From contig JBHGNT010001344.1 in NCBI GenBank assembly GCA_043228905.1, positions 1 through 9,655 on the forward strand: DNA of 9,655 nucleotides, given 5' to 3'. A program made the translations under genes and the position numbers. Shown piece after piece: positions 8,472-9,655 of this stretch; position 1 is the stretch's first letter, and the number at the start of each line of letters is the position of its first letter. This stretch comes from Azolla caroliniana (lineage: Eukaryota > Plantae > Polypodiophyta). Below the pieces are notes generated by a model. It was not told the origin of the DNA. It did no database searches and was given only the letters and a program-made list of their open reading frames with translations.

Positions 8472-8598
8472 GTAAACTTTGATAACAATGGAAGGATCAC
8501 GAATCTCCGATTCATAAAAGCAGTCGAGGGAGTAAAGATGAAACTTAATTGTCCTCTTGTAGTCTCAGGAATAGAAGAATGCATAGGCATAAAAAGAG
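8472..8598 (+). CDS. RPL25: Ribosomal protein bL25, exon 2 (gene continues downstream)
   Basis: VNFDNNGRITNLRFIKAVEGVKMKLNCPLVVSGIEECIGIKRG aligns by eye with plant L25 VHRD..TGKILNLVF...DG.KLKVDVPVVFKG.D.CPGL.KG. Donor AGAG|GTAAGA at 8598/8599, phase 1. Confidence 0.85.
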
Positions 8599-9655
8599 GT
8601 AAGAAAACTCTCAGACTGGCCCATCTCTATATGTTTTTAATGCATGATTATCTCATGTTAAACCTGGAAGAAATTTCTCTAATAATTAAAACCCCAAATA
8701 CTTGCAATTATTTAAATAATCTTTATGTGTTTAAATTGAAAGTACAAATACTCTAAATTGGACTGTATTAGAATCTTCCAAAATTTTGGTGTCAAATGAT
8801 TTCCATAAATTCTGGAAAAAATATATTTTTTAAATTCACTGGAGGAAGTACATTTTCCCAAATCTATTATTAGGTCTACATTTCACAGAAGAGTATTTCT
8901 GTGCTGCATCTGGTTGATACCTTCATAACCTTTTGATGAGTAAAAAATATTTGAGCACTTTATCCCTGATCTTAATATGTAGTTAGTGTATTTCACACTC
9001 AGATTACTTTGTCACATTTACTTGTTCATTCCCTTGGAATGGATCAATTGAATTCCATGTATGTATTTATCCACTCATATCTTTATCATTGGTTACAATG
9101 GGCATTTTCCCCTTGCATACACAGAACAAATATATCTTCTTTCAGCTGGCACCATTAATTTGCTTTGGAACTATACCCTCGTGATTTTGCCATTCTTGCA
9201 TATGACCTTTCAATAGCCTCATTCACCATCCCCGCACTGAAGAAAGTAGGAGTGGAAGGGCTGGATACTAATGGATCTGGGTAGAGGTATCTTCACTAGT
9301 ACATTGTGCAAAGTATTCACTAGATATTTCCAAAGCAAGGAAAGCATCCGCGATGGCAGGAGAAATGGCCTTCATTTGTCAATGACAAGGGTGGCAAGAT
9401 CGTGGTCTACAAAGATGGGGCCTAATTGCATGAAAAATTGAAATTCCCAATCTATTTTAACCCCTTTGCGATGTCCCAGTTGGAACAGGGGTAGTGCATT
9501 TATGTTTATGCCATGTGACTCGAAACAATGTTGTGTTTTACCAACAATGATCATCTCCATGTTCAGGAAGTTGTTTTGATGACATAAGTGCCAACCTTAA
9601 GTGCTTTCAGATAGGCATCTCCCAAACTCATTGGATACCAATGATCGGGATTTGG
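8599..9655 (+). other. Probable intron 2 of the bL25 gene (3'-partial)
   Basis: GTAAGA donor and an AT-rich start. No convincing exon encoding the expected C-terminal L25 block (P-x-x-IP-x-x-I-x-VD) before the window ends. Confidence 0.6.

Noticed and set aside
4356-8598. Functional link between tRNA-Gln and bL25, which shares a fold with the GlnRS anticodon-binding domain
   Set aside because: The link is only a structural superfamily name. The cytosolic Pol III tRNA and organelle-targeted protein are 2.3 kb apart, and adjacency is most simply chance.

Overview
This is eukaryotic (land-plant-type) nuclear DNA, not prokaryotic: the ORFs join across canonical GT-AG introns with consistent phases. 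It holds three genes. (1) The 3' three coding exons of a POLAR-like coiled-coil protein gene on + (<2-911, 1143-1588, 1849-2967). (2) An intact nuclear tRNA-Gln(CTG) on - (4356-4427). (3) The first two coding exons of an organellar, probably mitochondrial, ribosomal protein bL25 gene on + (6749-7240, 8472-8598), whose remainder most likely lies beyond the window. The non-coding DNA is rich in local repeats: a nested ~70-bp array with repeated leader and tail modules that looks CRISPR-like but is a minisatellite (3471-3917), 43-bp and 163-bp tandem duplications, a 34-bp promoter-proximal repeat, G12 and G20 tracts, a 62-nt hairpin, and a degenerate self-complementary repeat family in the bL25 intron. 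Several upstream ATGs crowd the bL25 start. I find no solid evidence of a new multi-gene system; the findings are modest leads. Family assignments come from remembered motifs, not database searches.
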